A stretch of 486 nucleotides of DNA, from the sequence record EF517049.1; one strand, written 5' to 3'. The translations under genes and the position numbers were made by a program. Positions 1 to 486 of the stretch are shown here, piece after piece. Numbering within the stretch: position 1 is the stretch's first letter; each line of letters opens with the position of its first letter. The notes under the pieces were generated by a model, which was not told where the DNA came from, did no database searches, and saw only the letters and a list, made by a program, of their open reading frames with translations. The stretch comes from a phage.

Positions 1-2
1 CT

Positions 3-134
3 CGTAAAGAGGCCACACAGTCACGCGCTCTGGCGATTCGCTCCAACGAACTGGCTGACAGTGCATCCACTAAAGTTACCGAGGCTGCTCGTGTGGCAAA
101 CCAAGCTCAACAGCTTTCCAAATTCTTTGAGTAA
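3..134 (+). CDS. 4.3: 3' end of a small phage protein of unknown function (T7 gp4.3-like); 5' end lies outside the window
   Basis: Frame 3 is open from the window start to TAA at 132-134 and translates to RKEATQSRALAIRSNELADSASTKVTEAARVANQAQQLSKFFE, an Ala/Gln-rich, helix-like and protein-like sequence. The same stretch in frame 1 is Trp/Pro/His/Leu-rich and looks non-coding, and frame 2 has stops at 5-7 and 56-58. The stop sits 19 nt upstream of the next start with a Shine-Dalgarno in between. From memory the peptide matches the C-terminus of T7 gp4.3. Confidence 0.75.
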   Translation, partial: RKEATQSRALAIRSNELADSASTKVTEAARVANQAQQLSKFFE

Positions 135-140
135 TCAAAC

Positions 141-145
141 AGGAG
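141..145 (+). promoter_or_regulatory. Shine-Dalgarno / ribosome-binding site for the 154-423 CDS
   Basis: AGGAG at 141-145, followed by an 8-nt spacer before ATG at 154. Confidence 0.7.
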
Positions 146-153
146 AAACCATT

Positions 154-423
154 ATGTCTAACGTAGCTGAAACTATCCGTCTATCCGATACAGCTGATCA
201 GTGGAACCGTCGAGTCCACATCAACGTTCGCAACGGTAAGGCGACTATGGTTTACCGCTGGAAGGACTCTAAGTCCTCTAAGAATCACACTCAGCGTATG
301 ACGTTGACAGATGAGCAAGCACTGCGTCTGGTCAATGCGCTTACCAAAGCTGCCGTGACAGCAATTCATGAAACTAGTCGCGTCAATGAAGCTATGGCTA
401 TCCTCGACAAGATTGATAACTAA
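154..423 (+). CDS. 4.5: Small phage protein, 89 aa, T7 gp4.5-like (the T7 protein is reported as a host Lon protease inhibitor)
   Basis: ATG at 154 with a well-spaced AGGAG, open frame to TAA at 421-423 (270 nt including stop). Product: MSNVAETIRLSDTADQWNRRVHINVRNGKATMVYRWKDSKSSKNHTQRMTLTDEQALRLVNALTKAAVTAIHETSRVNEAMAILDKIDN. This is the first ATG in frame and the upstream part of the frame overlaps the preceding gene. Length and flanking context (gp4.3-like gene upstream, T7 promoter downstream) fit T7 gene 4.5 from memory. Confidence 0.88.
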   Translation: MSNVAETIRLSDTADQWNRRVHINVRNGKATMVYRWKDSKSSKNHTQRMTLTDEQALRLVNALTKAAVTAIHETSRVNEAMAILDKIDN

Positions 424-436
424 GAGTGATATCCTT

Positions 437-459
437 AAGGTCGCCAAAGTGGTGGCCTT
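437..459 (+). other. Imperfect intergenic RNA hairpin; candidate RNase III processing site or mRNA 3'-end structure
   Basis: AAGGTCGCC (437-445) pairs with GGTGGCCTT (451-459): 9 bp including two G-U wobbles, with a 5-nt loop AAAGT (446-450). No U-tract follows, so it is not a canonical intrinsic terminator. T7 has an RNase III site (R4.7) in this intergenic region by my recollection. Confidence 0.35.
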
Positions 460-467
460 CATGAATA

Positions 468-486
468 CCATTCGACTCACTATAGG
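468..486 (+). promoter_or_regulatory. T7 RNA polymerase promoter (phi4.7-like), positions -17 to +2, truncated by the window end
   Basis: CCATTCGACTCACTATAGG at 468-486 matches the T7 consensus TAATACGACTCACTATAGG at -12 to +2 and at -14 and -15. It differs at -13 (T for A), -16 (C for A) and -17 (C for T). The +1 G is at 485 and transcription runs rightward. It sits directly after the gp4.5-like gene, as phi4.7 does in T7. Confidence 0.85.

Noticed and set aside
61-423. 120-aa ORF from the supplied track, starting at GTG 61
   Set aside because: Frame 1 is open from the window start only by chance. The first 31 codons overlap the frame-3 upstream gene, have non-protein-like composition (Trp/Pro/His/Leu-rich) and lack an RBS. 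The real start is ATG 154, which has a Shine-Dalgarno at the right spacing.
433-440. Palindrome CCTTAAGG as a possible protein-binding operator
   Set aside because: It is a single 8-bp palindrome that forms part of the hairpin stem and has no partner site. It is better explained as RNA secondary structure than as a DNA operator.
437-466. Rho-independent terminator downstream of the CDS
   Set aside because: The hairpin is short, contains wobble pairs, and is followed by CATGAATACC instead of a U-tract. It also lies upstream of a rightward promoter in a region that is read through in T7-like phages.
181-480. 99-aa minus-strand ORF
   Set aside because: It is fully antisense to the well-supported gp4.5-like CDS and runs into the phage promoter. 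It has no convincing RBS, its translation is Cys/Leu/Ser-rich and unlike a real protein, and T7-like genomes are transcribed almost entirely from one strand. It is most likely a spurious antisense ORF.
1-486. Novel defence or anti-defence system, CRISPR array, mobile element or repeat structure
   Set aside because: There are no direct or inverted repeats beyond the single short hairpin, no repeat-spacer periodicity and no transposase or integrase-like coding. Everything in the window is explained by two small phage genes and a T7-type promoter.

Overview
This 486-bp window reads as a compact stretch of a T7-like (Autographiviridae) phage genome on the + strand, and I find no support for a previously undescribed system. 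It holds the 3' end of a small upstream gene (frame 3, stop at 132-134), a 19-nt spacer with an AGGAG ribosome-binding site, a complete 89-aa CDS (154-423), a short intergenic region with an imperfect hairpin, and a T7 RNA polymerase promoter that runs off the window edge at +2. From memory, the layout matches the T7 class II region of gene 4.3 C-terminus, gene 4.5 and promoter phi4.7 (roughly T7 13.43-13.92 kb). That assignment is recall, not a database search. The 120-aa ORF at 61-423 in the supplied track is an over-extension of the real CDS, and the 99-aa minus-strand ORF looks spurious.
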